Source: an uncultured Ignavibacteriales bacterium
GTDB taxonomy: Bacteria; Zixibacteria; MSB-5A5; GN15; JAAZOE01
Length of the DNA stretch: 20,000 nucleotides
Assembly: GCA_964611355.1 (NCBI GenBank)
Contig: CAZSYD010000010.1
Span: forward strand, 45,207 to 65,206
Direction of reading: 5' to 3'
The position numbers were made by a program, and so were the translations under genes. Shown here piece by piece: positions 1-9,263 of the stretch; position 1 is the first letter of the stretch; the number at the start of each line of letters is the position of its first letter. The notes under the pieces are model-generated. The model saw nothing but the letters and a program-made list of their open reading frames with translations. It did not search any database and had not been told where the DNA came from.

Positions 1-3000
1 GTCGGGATTATGCATATTGACTTGGGTATGATAAGCGAGGATATCGACGGTGATGGGCTTATCGACACCGAAGATCGGGACGGTTTCCATACCCTTGAGG
101 ACGACGAAGACATCGGCCTCGACGGGTTCCCGAATTCACTGGAATTCGGGTACGATCCTGAAAACGGCGTGTACGACCCGGCCGGCGATGATTTTGACCC
201 GGATAATATCTGGAAAATCAACGGCACCGAGGGAAACGCTGATGATCCTGACGGCGGGTATCAGCCCGACACCGAGGACCCTCATCCCTACAATGGCCTG
301 AATAGAATGGACAGTTATTTTTCGTACAAGGTTGACTTATCCGATAATCGCTTTGAAGTTGCTCGTAATGACTCCAACTGGAAGACGATTCGTATTCCCC
401 TTCGTGGCGATCTTGCTCTTGATACCATAATCGGCCAGGCTTACTGGAACGAAATCAAGTATGCCCGCATCTGGTTTGATTCGGCCTCGGCCGCGTATTT
501 GGATCCCAACGAGCCGATCGAAGTGGAAATCGCCTCCCTTGAACTGATCTCCACTACCTGGGCCGATTCGTTCTTCGTGGCCGATACGCTGAGAAGCGGC
601 CCGGTCAGCTTTGACGTGGCTATCATCAATACCGAAGTGGACAGGGAGAGGTATAGTCCCCCGCCGGGGGTTGAAGGATATTACGACCCCGCCAGGGATA
701 TAGTTGAGAAAGAGCAGTCCCTTCTTTTAACCTTTGAGAACCTGAATTCCCAAGTGGTTGTAGATGATCCTCCCGGACTTGCATCTGACACCGGCCTGGC
801 GGTGCGGAAACTGTTCCAGGCAGCAAATTACATGGGATACGGGAAGATCGAAGCGTTTGTTCATAGCAACGTCAGTAAAGACGACTCTGTTCGCTTTTTC
901 TTCCGCGTGGGCACCGATAAGAACGCATACTATGAATACCGTACCGTGCTTGATTCCGGACCGACGACGTGGAACCCCGAAAACTATGTAATGATTGATT
1001 TTGACGAAATCACCGCCCTGAAAGACAAGCTTCTTGACCTGCGCAAAAGAGAAGACGTGGATTCGCTGGTTATTCAGGATGGGAAGTATCTTGTTAAAAT
1101 CAGCTCGAATGGCCGCGACCCGACGCTGACCAAGATCAAGTATTTCGCTATGGGTGTGGTAAATCTGAATAAGTCGAAAAAAGCATCCGGTGAAGTCTGG
1201 ATTGACGAACTGCGTCTGACCGATGTTCGCAATAACGTCGGCATGGCGGCCAGGATTTCAGTCGGTGGAAATATGTCCGATCTGCTGACTTATAATCTTA
1301 ACTACTCCACCCAAGATGCCTATTATCGCGGGGTGGGCGTTACCACCAGGGGCGGAGCGACCAACAATCTCGGATCCGGGCAGACAAGGAAGAATTATTC
1401 GTTCTCCGGATCGGTCAGGCTCGAAAAATTTTTCCCGCGATCTCTTGAAATGTCCATGCCGGTATCGGTCAACTGGTCTCAAAACGTCCAGAAACCGCTG
1501 TTGCGTTCAGGCACTGATATCACCATTCCGGATGAGTTGAGGGATATTGAAACGAGTGTAAGTATTAACAAGGGTATTCGAATAAGTGAGAGTTTTAGGA
1601 AGAAAACCAGAAATATTCTTTTCACGCTCCTTTTGAATCAACTGAAGACATCATTCAACTACAGCACCAGCCGGGGCCACTCGCCGTCGCGGCCATCGTA
1701 TTTCAGTGAACGATACAACGCTAATGGCAATTATCAGATGAACTTGCCAAAGGCCCCGTCAATTCGACCTCTTAAATGGATGGGGCTTTTCAAGGCTCCC
1801 TTCGGACTGCCGGAAACGCAGCTTTATCTGACGCCCAACCGGCTTTCCATGACGGGGACGCTCACCGGCTCGTATTCCCGTTCCCTTAATGACATAGGTT
1901 CGAATCCAAGCTCATCCGATCGGTTTTTTAGAGGCGGCATGAATGTCGGCTTCAAGGTTTTTGATAATCTCAACGGCACCTATGCCTATAACACAAGCCG
2001 TGATCTTAAGGACCCTAACCTGATCAACATCACTATCAATCCAAAGAAGTTCAAACTGGGCGTGGAGCAATCCTACGATCAGAGTTTTCGGGTCAGCTAT
2101 GCGCCCAAGATATTTAATTTCCTGACTCACTCGGCTGATTATTCGGCGCGTTACGGCGATCAATACCGGGTTAATCGTGATTCGGTCTTTTACCATAGCG
2201 CCAGTCTGAGCACAAACGGCAATTTTAGCTTCGCTTTTAAGCATAAGTACCTTTTCGGCACCAACAAGCGTAGGGGCCTGGGGGGCATCAGGAAGGAAGA
2301 GAAATCGAAATCGTTTTTCAGGGGCTTCTACGCGATCACAATAACCGGCGTCAGGTATATCACCGATGCCATCAAGCCGGTGTCGGTAAAATACAGCCGG
2401 GGCAAGAATACAACCTATCCTTCACTCTGTGACAAAGCCAGTATGAAATTCAGATTCGGTTTGACCGAGGATCCCGGAGTCGAACAGCTAAAAACCTCCA
2501 CCGGAATTGTCAGGAAATCCAAATGGACCAGCGATTCCTGGTCGGGGAGTTCCGGGGTATCGCTTTTTTACGGTATCAGTGCCGATCTGTCCTATACCCG
2601 GAAAACGCGGGAAACCTTCGATGCCTATCCCACCAAAACTATTGATGAAACCTGGCCCAGTATTAAGTTTAATCTGAGGTCGATTAAAGGGCTGTGGATT
2701 TTGGGCGGGATAATGAACGCCCTTTCTCCCAGTTCCGGTTATACCCGCTCAACCAGTACCAAGCAGCGTACCAATGCCGCTTATCTGTCCGAAAAGAGAG
2801 AGCGGGAGGCTTTTGCGCCTCTCATCTCTTTCAGCATCAGGCCGGTCAGGGCAATACAGACTTCTGCGCGATACGAAACCAATACTTCGACTTCCACTAA
2901 TTTCAACGAGGGTACCGGTGAGGTCAGGACGCAAACCAGGAATACATCGAAAAGCATTTCGTTCAGTAGTTCTTGTAATTTCCGCAAACCAACCGGAATC

Positions 3001-3285
3001 AAGATACCTATATTGGGGCGGATAAAATTTGAATCCACCATGTCGATATCAGTCAACGTTTCTTATCAGAAGACACGGGGCGAATCGGCCAACGCCGCCT
3101 CCAACTATGAATTTAAACGTACTTCGGAAAAGACCAATCTCAACATCCGGCCGAGCGCATCATACAGTTTCTCTTCGACCGTAAAGGGCGGTCTGTCAGG
3201 CCGATGGCAGGATTCGAATGACCTGCAAACGCGGAGAAAGAGTCATACCCGCGAATTGGGCATCTGGGCGGAGATGCACTTCTAA
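1..3285 (+). CDS. sprA: SprA/Sov-family T9SS outer-membrane translocon (cell surface protein SprA), C-terminal ~1094 aa; 5' partial
   Basis: The frame is open from base 1 (GTC GGG ATT ATG), so the true start lies upstream. SprA-like motifs recalled from the family: IDLGMISED, DIGLDG, WKTIRIPL, SPPPGVEG...EKEQSLLL, FRVGTD..YYEY, GEVWIDELRL. A long S/T/Y/F-rich beta-strand C-terminal region ends in an aromatic residue (WAEMHF), as in outer-membrane barrels. Confidence 0.85.
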   Translation, partial: VGIMHIDLGMISEDIDGDGLIDTEDRDGFHTLEDDEDIGLDGFPNSLEFGYDPENGVYDPAGDDFDPDNIWKINGTEGNADDPDGGYQPDTEDPHPYNGLNRMDSYFSYKVDLSDNRFEVARNDSNWKTIRIPLRGDLALDTIIGQAYWNEIKYARIWFDSASAAYLDPNEPIEVEIASLELISTTWADSFFVADTLRSGPVSFDVAIINTEVDRERYSPPPGVEGYYDPARDIVEKEQSLLLTFENLNSQVVVDDPPGLASDTGLAVRKLFQAANYMGYGKIEAFVHSNVSKDDSVRFFFRVGTDKNAYYEYRTVLDSGPTTWNPENYVMIDFDEITALKDKLLDLRKREDVDSLVIQDGKYLVKISSNGRDPTLTKIKYFAMGVVNLNKSKKASGEVWIDELRLTDVRNNVGMAARISVGGNMSDLLTYNLNYSTQDAYYRGVGVTTRGGATNNLGSGQTRKNYSFSGSVRLEKFFPRSLEMSMPVSVNWSQNVQKPLLRSGTDITIPDELRDIETSVSINKGIRISESFRKKTRNILFTLLLNQLKTSFNYSTSRGHSPSRPSYFSERYNANGNYQMNLPKAPSIRPLKWMGLFKAPFGLPETQLYLTPNRLSMTGTLTGSYSRSLNDIGSNPSSSDRFFRGGMNVGFKVFDNLNGTYAYNTSRDLKDPNLINITINPKKFKLGVEQSYDQSFRVSYAPKIFNFLTHSADYSARYGDQYRVNRDSVFYHSASLSTNGNFSFAFKHKYLFGTNKRRGLGGIRKEEKSKSFFRGFYAITITGVRYITDAIKPVSVKYSRGKNTTYPSLCDKASMKFRFGLTEDPGVEQLKTSTGIVRKSKWTSDSWSGSSGVSLFYGISADLSYTRKTRETFDAYPTKTIDETWPSIKFNLRSIKGLWILGGIMNALSPSSGYTRSTSTKQRTNAAYLSEKREREAFAPLISFSIRPVRAIQTSARYETNTSTSTNFNEGTGEVRTQTRNTSKSISFSSSCNFRKPTGIKIPILGRIKFESTMSISVNVSYQKTRGESANAASNYEFKRTSEKTNLNIRPSASYSFSSTVKGGLSGRWQDSNDLQTRRKSHTRELGIWAEMHF

Positions 3286-3298
3286 GGCAAAAAATCGT

Positions 3299-3326
3299 TT
3301 GACAATCGACGGCAGCGAAATAACTT
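3299..3326 (+). promoter_or_regulatory. Putative sigma70-type promoter, probably producing a leaderless transcript
   Basis: TTGACA at 3299-3304, 16-nt spacer, TAACTT at 3321-3326; the ATG at 3333 is 6 nt after the -10 element. Confidence 0.6.
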
Positions 3327-3332
3327 GGAAGC

Positions 3333-4259
3333 ATGAATAGAAATCCTTGCAGTATTTTGTCATATTTGTCGCTGATTTTGCCGGCGGCGTTTATGGCTGC
3401 TTTTTGCCTGTCGTGTGAACCGGAGATAATCAAACCACGTTTTGACGGCCAACGGGCTTTCGATTTTCTAGAAACGCAGGTTGCGTTGGGGCCGCGCAAT
3501 CCCGGTTCCCACGGGTGGCATGCGTTCCAGGGGTTGCTCTCGGCTCATCTGGATTCACTCGGTATTAAATATCTAACCCAGCCGTTTGATTACCATGATT
3601 ACCTGACCGATGATACCCTCCATCTCGTAAACTGGATTGCCCACATCAGCCCGGAAACGAATCACCGGATATTGATTTCTGCTCATTACGATTCCCGGCC
3701 CCGTGCAGAGTATGATCCCGATACCAGTCGGCGCGAAGAACCTATCCCGGGCGCCAACGACGGCGCCTCCGGCGTGGCCGTCCTGATGCATCTTGCCGAA
3801 CTTATGGCCTCCGCGCCGCCCCGTATCGGCGTTGATCTGATATTTTTTGACGGCGAGGATTACGGCCCGCCGGGAAGAATTGATCAATACCTGCTGGGTT
3901 CCTCGTACTTCGCCTCTCACCATGAACGGGAATACCGCTTCGGGATTCTGCTCGACATGATCGGCGACAGCGACCTGGCTATTTACCGAGAAAGGTTTTC
4001 ACAGGAGCGAGCCAGGGAGATCAATGACAAAATATGGGAAGCAGCGGGTCGTTTGGGAGTTACGGCGTTTATTGACAGCGTCAAGCACGGCGTAATTGAT
4101 GATCACCTGTCATTGATGGCGGCGGGAATACCCGCGGTTGATGTAATCGATTTTGACTATCCGTACTGGCACACCCAGGCGGATACCCCCGACAAATGCA
4201 GCGCGGTTTCACTGGAAGCAGTCGGCCGTGTGATGGTAGAAGTCATCTATGACGAATAA
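3333..4259 (+). CDS. M28-family zinc metalloenzyme, glutaminyl-peptide cyclotransferase (type II QC)-like; probable lipoprotein
   Basis: Motifs SAHYDSRP, GANDGASGVA, FFDGEDYG, GILLDMIG, DDH and YWHTQADT. Hydrophobic N-terminal segment ends in FCLSC, a possible relaxed lipobox. Confidence 0.8.
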   Translation: MNRNPCSILSYLSLILPAAFMAAFCLSCEPEIIKPRFDGQRAFDFLETQVALGPRNPGSHGWHAFQGLLSAHLDSLGIKYLTQPFDYHDYLTDDTLHLVNWIAHISPETNHRILISAHYDSRPRAEYDPDTSRREEPIPGANDGASGVAVLMHLAELMASAPPRIGVDLIFFDGEDYGPPGRIDQYLLGSSYFASHHEREYRFGILLDMIGDSDLAIYRERFSQERAREINDKIWEAAGRLGVTAFIDSVKHGVIDDHLSLMAAGIPAVDVIDFDYPYWHTQADTPDKCSAVSLEAVGRVMVEVIYDE

Positions 4260-5631
4260 AAACTCAAAGCAATTCCAATCGCTGCGTGATTTTCCGTCGG
4301 TCGAAATATTAATCGCACGTAAGACACTGGCACCGTATATCAAAGACCTGACGCGACCGATTGTCGTGCAGACAGTCAGGGAAATTATCGGTAAGCTGAA
4401 AAACAGGTTTAAGTCAGGTGAAAAGACACTGACCGAAAACAACCTGATCGCTGCTGTTAAGGATGAACTTGATCGTCTGAAGCAATTAAGGCTCAAGCCG
4501 GTTATAAACGGCTCCGGCATAATTATTCATACCAACTTGGGCCGCGCGCCGCTTTCCGAGAAAATGATCCAAAACTCTCTTGAAGCCGTTACCGGATACA
4601 GTAATCTGGAGTTTGACCTAAGAAAAGGCAAAAGGGGGCGGCGCGGGTTGTTGATCGAACACCTGCTGGCGGTTCTTTGCGAAACCGAAAGCGGAACCAT
4701 TGTGAATAATAACGCGGCGGCCGTGTTTATTATTCTCAACAGCCTGGCCGGTCGTAAAGAAGTGATAATTTCGCGCGGCGAACTGATACAGATTGGAGGC
4801 GGCTTCAAGATACCGGAGATTATGGTGAAATCCGGCGTTCGACTGGTCGAAATCGGCACTACCAACAAGACCACCATTGCGGATTACCGCGCGGCTGTGA
4901 CTGATCGGACGCGAATGATATTGAAAGTGCATCGGTCCAATTTCACCCAAACCGGTTTTGTTGAAGAGACTTCAATGAGGGAGCTTTCCGTCCTGTGCCG
5001 CGAGCATGATTTGATCCTGACGCATGATCTGGGGTCGGGTCTTGTTTTTTTCCCGCCGAAAGTGGATATAAAAAATGAACCGAGTGTGGCCGAGTCGGTC
5101 CGTTCGGGCGCCGATCTGACCTGTTTTTCCGGGGATAAATTGCTGGGCGGAACGCAGGCCGGATTGATTGCCGGACGCCGCGATTTAATTGCCAAAATAA
5201 AAAAGAATCCGCTTTTCCGAACAATCAGATGCGACAAAATCGTCTTTTCCATGATGGAACAAGTGTTAATGTCATCCCTGAACGGGGCCCAATTTGATGA
5301 CCTGCCGATCTGGCGGATGATGACCGCACCCATTACCGATTTGAAAAGAAGGGGCAAAAATATAATATCTGCCTGCGGTGGCTGTGATGTGACCCTTGAG
5401 GCGACACGCGCCTATCCGGGCGGCGGATCGACTCCGACGCAGTCGATACCCTCGCTGGCCGTATCATTGCAATCCCCGGTCAAAGTCAACAGCCTTGCGG
5501 CGCGATTTCGCCTGTATTCGCCGCCGATCATCGGCCGGGTGGAAAACGATAAATTCCTGATTGACCTGCGCGCCGTTCCGCCTGAAAAAGATCATATTAT
5601 CATCAAAGCTATCAATCGTATTTTGGGGTAA
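4249..5631 (+). CDS. selA: L-seryl-tRNA(Sec) selenium transferase (selenocysteine synthase)
   Basis: VINGSGIIIHTNLGRAPL, YSNLEFDL, VNNNAAAV, SRGELIQIGGGFKIP, EIGTTNKT, HDLGSG and PLP-lysine motif FSGDKLLGG; directly upstream of selB. Confidence 0.97.
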   Translation: MTNKNSKQFQSLRDFPSVEILIARKTLAPYIKDLTRPIVVQTVREIIGKLKNRFKSGEKTLTENNLIAAVKDELDRLKQLRLKPVINGSGIIIHTNLGRAPLSEKMIQNSLEAVTGYSNLEFDLRKGKRGRRGLLIEHLLAVLCETESGTIVNNNAAAVFIILNSLAGRKEVIISRGELIQIGGGFKIPEIMVKSGVRLVEIGTTNKTTIADYRAAVTDRTRMILKVHRSNFTQTGFVEETSMRELSVLCREHDLILTHDLGSGLVFFPPKVDIKNEPSVAESVRSGADLTCFSGDKLLGGTQAGLIAGRRDLIAKIKKNPLFRTIRCDKIVFSMMEQVLMSSLNGAQFDDLPIWRMMTAPITDLKRRGKNIISACGGCDVTLEATRAYPGGGSTPTQSIPSLAVSLQSPVKVNSLAARFRLYSPPIIGRVENDKFLIDLRAVPPEKDHIIIKAINRILG

Positions 5632-5633
5632 GC

Positions 5634-7532
5634 ATGTTCGTTCTGGGGACAGCCGGGCATATTGACCACGGCAAATCGTCTCTTATAAAGGCGATGACCG
5701 GCATCGACCCTGACCGTCTGCCGGAAGAAACCGAACGCGGGATGACCATCGATATAGGCTTCGCCTGGCTGCGGCTCCCTGACGGCCGGGAAATCGGGAT
5801 AATCGACGTACCCGGCCATGAAAGATTTATCCGCAATATGGTGGCCGGCGCCGGCGGCGTCAATGCCGCTATGCTGGTGGTGGCTGCCGACGATGGTTGG
5901 ATGCCGCAAACCCGGGAACATCTCGATATTTTGAACATGCTTGATGTCCGCTACGGTTTGGTTGCTATAACCAAGGTCGATCTGGTCGAATCCGACTGGC
6001 TGGAACTGGTTGAGTCTGACGTGAAATCAAAGCTGGCCGGCACGTTTCTGGCCGATGCGCCGATCGTGCCGGTGTCGTCAGTTACCGGTGAAGGCATAGA
6101 TAATGTTATTGAAGCGATCGCCGGGATTTCAAATAAACTTCCGACCGTGAAAGATATCGGTAAATCGCGCCTGTTTGTTGATCGCGCTTTTGTCCTGACC
6201 GGCATCGGTGTTGTGGTTACCGGAACCAGCCGTGGGGGTGGTTTTTCCGCCGATGCCGATATCTTTCATTTTCCTTCCGGTAAAAAAATAAAGATTCGCG
6301 CCATGCAATCTCATGGTCGCAAAGTTGACAGGGTCGGGGCGGGATATCGCGTGGCGATCAATCTTTCAGGGATCGCTCGTGATGAAATACGGCGCGGTGA
6401 TGTTGTCACCGGCTTTCGCTACGACGAACGTCCATCATATTTTGCCGTTCACATAAAAAACCTGCACAACTCCACAATTACGCTTAAAGAAGGCCGAAAG
6501 CTTCTTCTTATCCTCGGCACCACCGAAACCGAGGCAATAATTCGTCCCTTTAATAGTGACGGCGTCGCCCCGGGCGAAACAGGGCTGGCGATTTTGAAGG
6601 CGACCGAACCGTTGGCCGCCTTCATAAAGGACAGGTTTATTCTGCGCTTGCCGACACCGCAGGTAACCGTTGGCGGGGGTCAAATTCTCGATATTCTCAA
6701 TCATTATCCCAGGCGCAAAAACCTGCCTCTACTGAATGATTATCTTAAAGCCCGTATCAACGGCGATTTGAAAACCGTTCTGCTTAATGAGCTTGACAAA
6801 CGGATTTTCAATCCGTCAGCCTCATTTCTGGCTTATTCCAATTTTTCGACTGAAAGTATAAAGACCGCGGTTTCTTCGCTTATTGATGAAAACCAGGTTA
6901 TTCGATACGGCGATTACCTGGCTGCATCAGGCAAGGTTGATGAAATCTTCGCGCGCATAAAAGCAGAGCTTGGAAAGGTACATGAAAAGAACTCGTACCT
7001 GCCCGGTCTTACAGGAGACGAACTGGCTCGGCTTACCGGGCATCCGGTCGATGAACAGTTTAACCTGTTGCTTCGCTATCTGGAGCAAAACGATGATTTG
7101 AGCAGGTCCCGACAATTTTTTCATCTGCCGGGTTTTAAGCCTGAACTCGACGAGAAAATGCAAAATGAAGCGGACGGCATCGTTGCCCGGGCCCGACAGG
7201 CGGGGCATAATTACCTGACCTTTGGCGAAATCGAAACCTCTTTCCCCGAAAGCAGGAACACGCTGAATTTCCTTCGCGATTCGGACCGACTCAAATCCAT
7301 CGGTAATCAATTTATCACGACCGACAATATCTGGAATGATATTGTCTCGTACATTGAAGAGAAACTGGAAGGCGACGGTCAACTGACCGTGGCCGAATTT
7401 CGCGACCGGTTCGGCAACAGCCGGAAATATGCTCTGCCGGTGCTGGAATATCTCGACAGTCTCAAAATCACGCACCGCGAAGACGACGTCAGGGTTAAGG
7501 GAAGCCGATTCGGTGAACGCCATTCTTTATAA
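5634..7532 (+). CDS. selB: Selenocysteine-specific translation elongation factor SelB
   Basis: G-domain motifs GTAGHIDHGKS, RGMTIDIGFA, DVPGHERF, TKVD; 632 aa with C-terminal winged-helix SECIS-binding motif TVAEFRDRFGNSRKYALPVLEYLD. Confidence 0.97.
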   Translation: MFVLGTAGHIDHGKSSLIKAMTGIDPDRLPEETERGMTIDIGFAWLRLPDGREIGIIDVPGHERFIRNMVAGAGGVNAAMLVVAADDGWMPQTREHLDILNMLDVRYGLVAITKVDLVESDWLELVESDVKSKLAGTFLADAPIVPVSSVTGEGIDNVIEAIAGISNKLPTVKDIGKSRLFVDRAFVLTGIGVVVTGTSRGGGFSADADIFHFPSGKKIKIRAMQSHGRKVDRVGAGYRVAINLSGIARDEIRRGDVVTGFRYDERPSYFAVHIKNLHNSTITLKEGRKLLLILGTTETEAIIRPFNSDGVAPGETGLAILKATEPLAAFIKDRFILRLPTPQVTVGGGQILDILNHYPRRKNLPLLNDYLKARINGDLKTVLLNELDKRIFNPSASFLAYSNFSTESIKTAVSSLIDENQVIRYGDYLAASGKVDEIFARIKAELGKVHEKNSYLPGLTGDELARLTGHPVDEQFNLLLRYLEQNDDLSRSRQFFHLPGFKPELDEKMQNEADGIVARARQAGHNYLTFGEIETSFPESRNTLNFLRDSDRLKSIGNQFITTDNIWNDIVSYIEEKLEGDGQLTVAEFRDRFGNSRKYALPVLEYLDSLKITHREDDVRVKGSRFGERHSL

Positions 7533-9096
7533 CGGAATCGTTTATCCCGGGTACCGAACATACAAACGCCCGTCGGCGGTTGTCATTGGCGGCAATAAAA
7601 TTGCCGCTCTGGGCAGGGATTTACCTTACCTGAAACAACAATTCTCCGGGTACCGCCTTATCGATCTCAAAGGGCGTGTTGTTTTGCCCGGTTTTGTGGA
7701 CAGTCATACTCATTTCTATTTCTGGGCAACAACGCTGGATACCATGCATCTGGAAAAAACGGCCACATTTGGCAAAGCATTGGTTAAAATCGAGAAATTT
7801 ACGCGCAAATGTCCTTTGGATGAATGGATAGTCGGCGACGGCTGGTCGCCTGATCGATGGGATGAATATCATCTGCCGACCGCGTTTGAGCTGGACAGGG
7901 TTACCGGCGGCAGACCGGCCGCTCTTTTCAGCAAAGACCAGCATATGCTCTGGGTCAATTCACGCGCTCTGCAAATGGCCGGGATTGACAGGCATTACCG
8001 CGAACCTGAAGGAGGATCGGTTGATCGCGATCCGGCTACCGGCGAGCCGACCGGTATCCTGCGCGAAGTACCCGGTTATATGCCGGTGATTAACCTGTTC
8101 AGCAAACCCGAAACGGAGAAAGTCGCGAAGGCATGGAAAAAGGCCGCCCGTATTGCTTATAGTCGCGGCGTAACCGGGTTTCACTCGGTCGATGCTCCCG
8201 AAGCGTGGGAATTTTTTGCGAGCAGGCATAAAGCGCACAAACTTGGTTTCCGGGTTCATTATTATTTCCCGGTTAACATGCTTGATGAACTGATTGAGCG
8301 GAAGTTCTATTCCGGAATGGGAGACGATACTCTCCGGGTCGGCGGAGTGAAAATTTTCGCCGACGGTTCCCTCGGATCGCGAACGGCGTTTCTTAAAAAA
8401 CCTTACCTGAAGGACAGCAAAAACTATGGCATTGAAGTAACCGGCTTGAAAGATTTGATATCTCAAACAGGCCGAGCTTCGCAAAACAACCTGGCCTGCG
8501 CAATTCACGCCATCGGCGACCGGGCGGTGGCCAATGTCATTACCGCTTTTGAAGGGGCAGGCGGAGGAAAGAGTTTGCGGCATCGTATCGAACATCTCCA
8601 GCTTATAGATCGCAAAGATATTTCCCGTCTTAAAAAAATCGGCGCAGTCGCCTCGATGCAGCCGAGTCACTGTCCCTCGGATCGAAAGCCGGTTGATGCT
8701 TATTGGGGGAAACGGGGTCGCAACGCCTATATTTTCAAGACCCTTTTAAGACAACAAATCCCGCTTGCTTTCGGGTCGGACTGTCCGATAGAGCCGCTCG
8801 ATCCGCTGGGCGGCATACACGCGGCCGTCAACCGGAACGGTTTTGGCGAACGGGGCGGGCGCTTTTATCCGGAAGAAAAGATAACTGTGTCGCAGGCCGT
8901 ACATGGCTTTACCGCCGGTTCGGCATATGCCGCCGGAAGAGAAAGATTTTCAGGTAAAATCGCTCCGGGTTACCAAGCCGACCTGGTTATCCTTGACGAT
9001 AATATTTATACTATGCCGTTGTCGCAGATATATAAAGCCCGCGTAGCGGCCACCATCTTTGACGGCAAAGTGATTTACCGCGGCAGTTCTTTCTAA
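7513..9096 (+). CDS. YtcJ-like metal-dependent amidohydrolase (Amidohydro_3 family)
   Basis: PGFVDSHTH, KIFADGSLG, HAIGDRA, RIEHLQ, FGSDCP, GKIAPGYQADLVIL. Start moved from the track's 7429 to the in-frame GTG at 7513, which has a purine-rich AAGGGA upstream and gives a family-typical N-terminus (NAILYNGIVY); 20-nt overlap with selB. Confidence 0.88.
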   Translation: MNAILYNGIVYPGYRTYKRPSAVVIGGNKIAALGRDLPYLKQQFSGYRLIDLKGRVVLPGFVDSHTHFYFWATTLDTMHLEKTATFGKALVKIEKFTRKCPLDEWIVGDGWSPDRWDEYHLPTAFELDRVTGGRPAALFSKDQHMLWVNSRALQMAGIDRHYREPEGGSVDRDPATGEPTGILREVPGYMPVINLFSKPETEKVAKAWKKAARIAYSRGVTGFHSVDAPEAWEFFASRHKAHKLGFRVHYYFPVNMLDELIERKFYSGMGDDTLRVGGVKIFADGSLGSRTAFLKKPYLKDSKNYGIEVTGLKDLISQTGRASQNNLACAIHAIGDRAVANVITAFEGAGGGKSLRHRIEHLQLIDRKDISRLKKIGAVASMQPSHCPSDRKPVDAYWGKRGRNAYIFKTLLRQQIPLAFGSDCPIEPLDPLGGIHAAVNRNGFGERGGRFYPEEKITVSQAVHGFTAGSAYAAGRERFSGKIAPGYQADLVILDDNIYTMPLSQIYKARVAATIFDGKVIYRGSSF

Positions 9097-9234
9097 ACCT
9101 GACAGGCAATCCGCAAACCAAAACATGCCTCATGTCTTTGCCTGAACGACAACAAATTAAGAATATTCGCCAATTTCCTTATCAAATCTCTCTTTTGTCC
9201 GATATCTGAGTGGAAATTACACGCTTTTTTTACT

Positions 9235-9263
9235 TTGATTTTGATTTTCCTTAGACCTAATTT
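9235..9263 (+). promoter_or_regulatory. Putative sigma70-type promoter for the glnA-gat-pur cluster
   Basis: TTGATT at 9235-9240, 17-nt spacer, TAATTT at 9258-9263 in an AT-rich ~200-bp intergenic region; SD-like AAGGAG at 9288-9293. Confidence 0.45.

Noticed and set aside
10..300. Acidic DxDGDG / DPxxD repeats at the window start as a separate repeat protein or tandem repeat
   Set aside because: They are in frame with the SprA-like ORF and look like an acidic, possibly Ca-binding loop; there is no DNA-level tandem periodicity.
7429..7512. Extended N-termini given by the ORF track for the amidohydrolase (7429) and coaBC (18002)
   Set aside because: They overlap the upstream genes substantially and lack family similarity; starts at 7513 and 18044 fit better.
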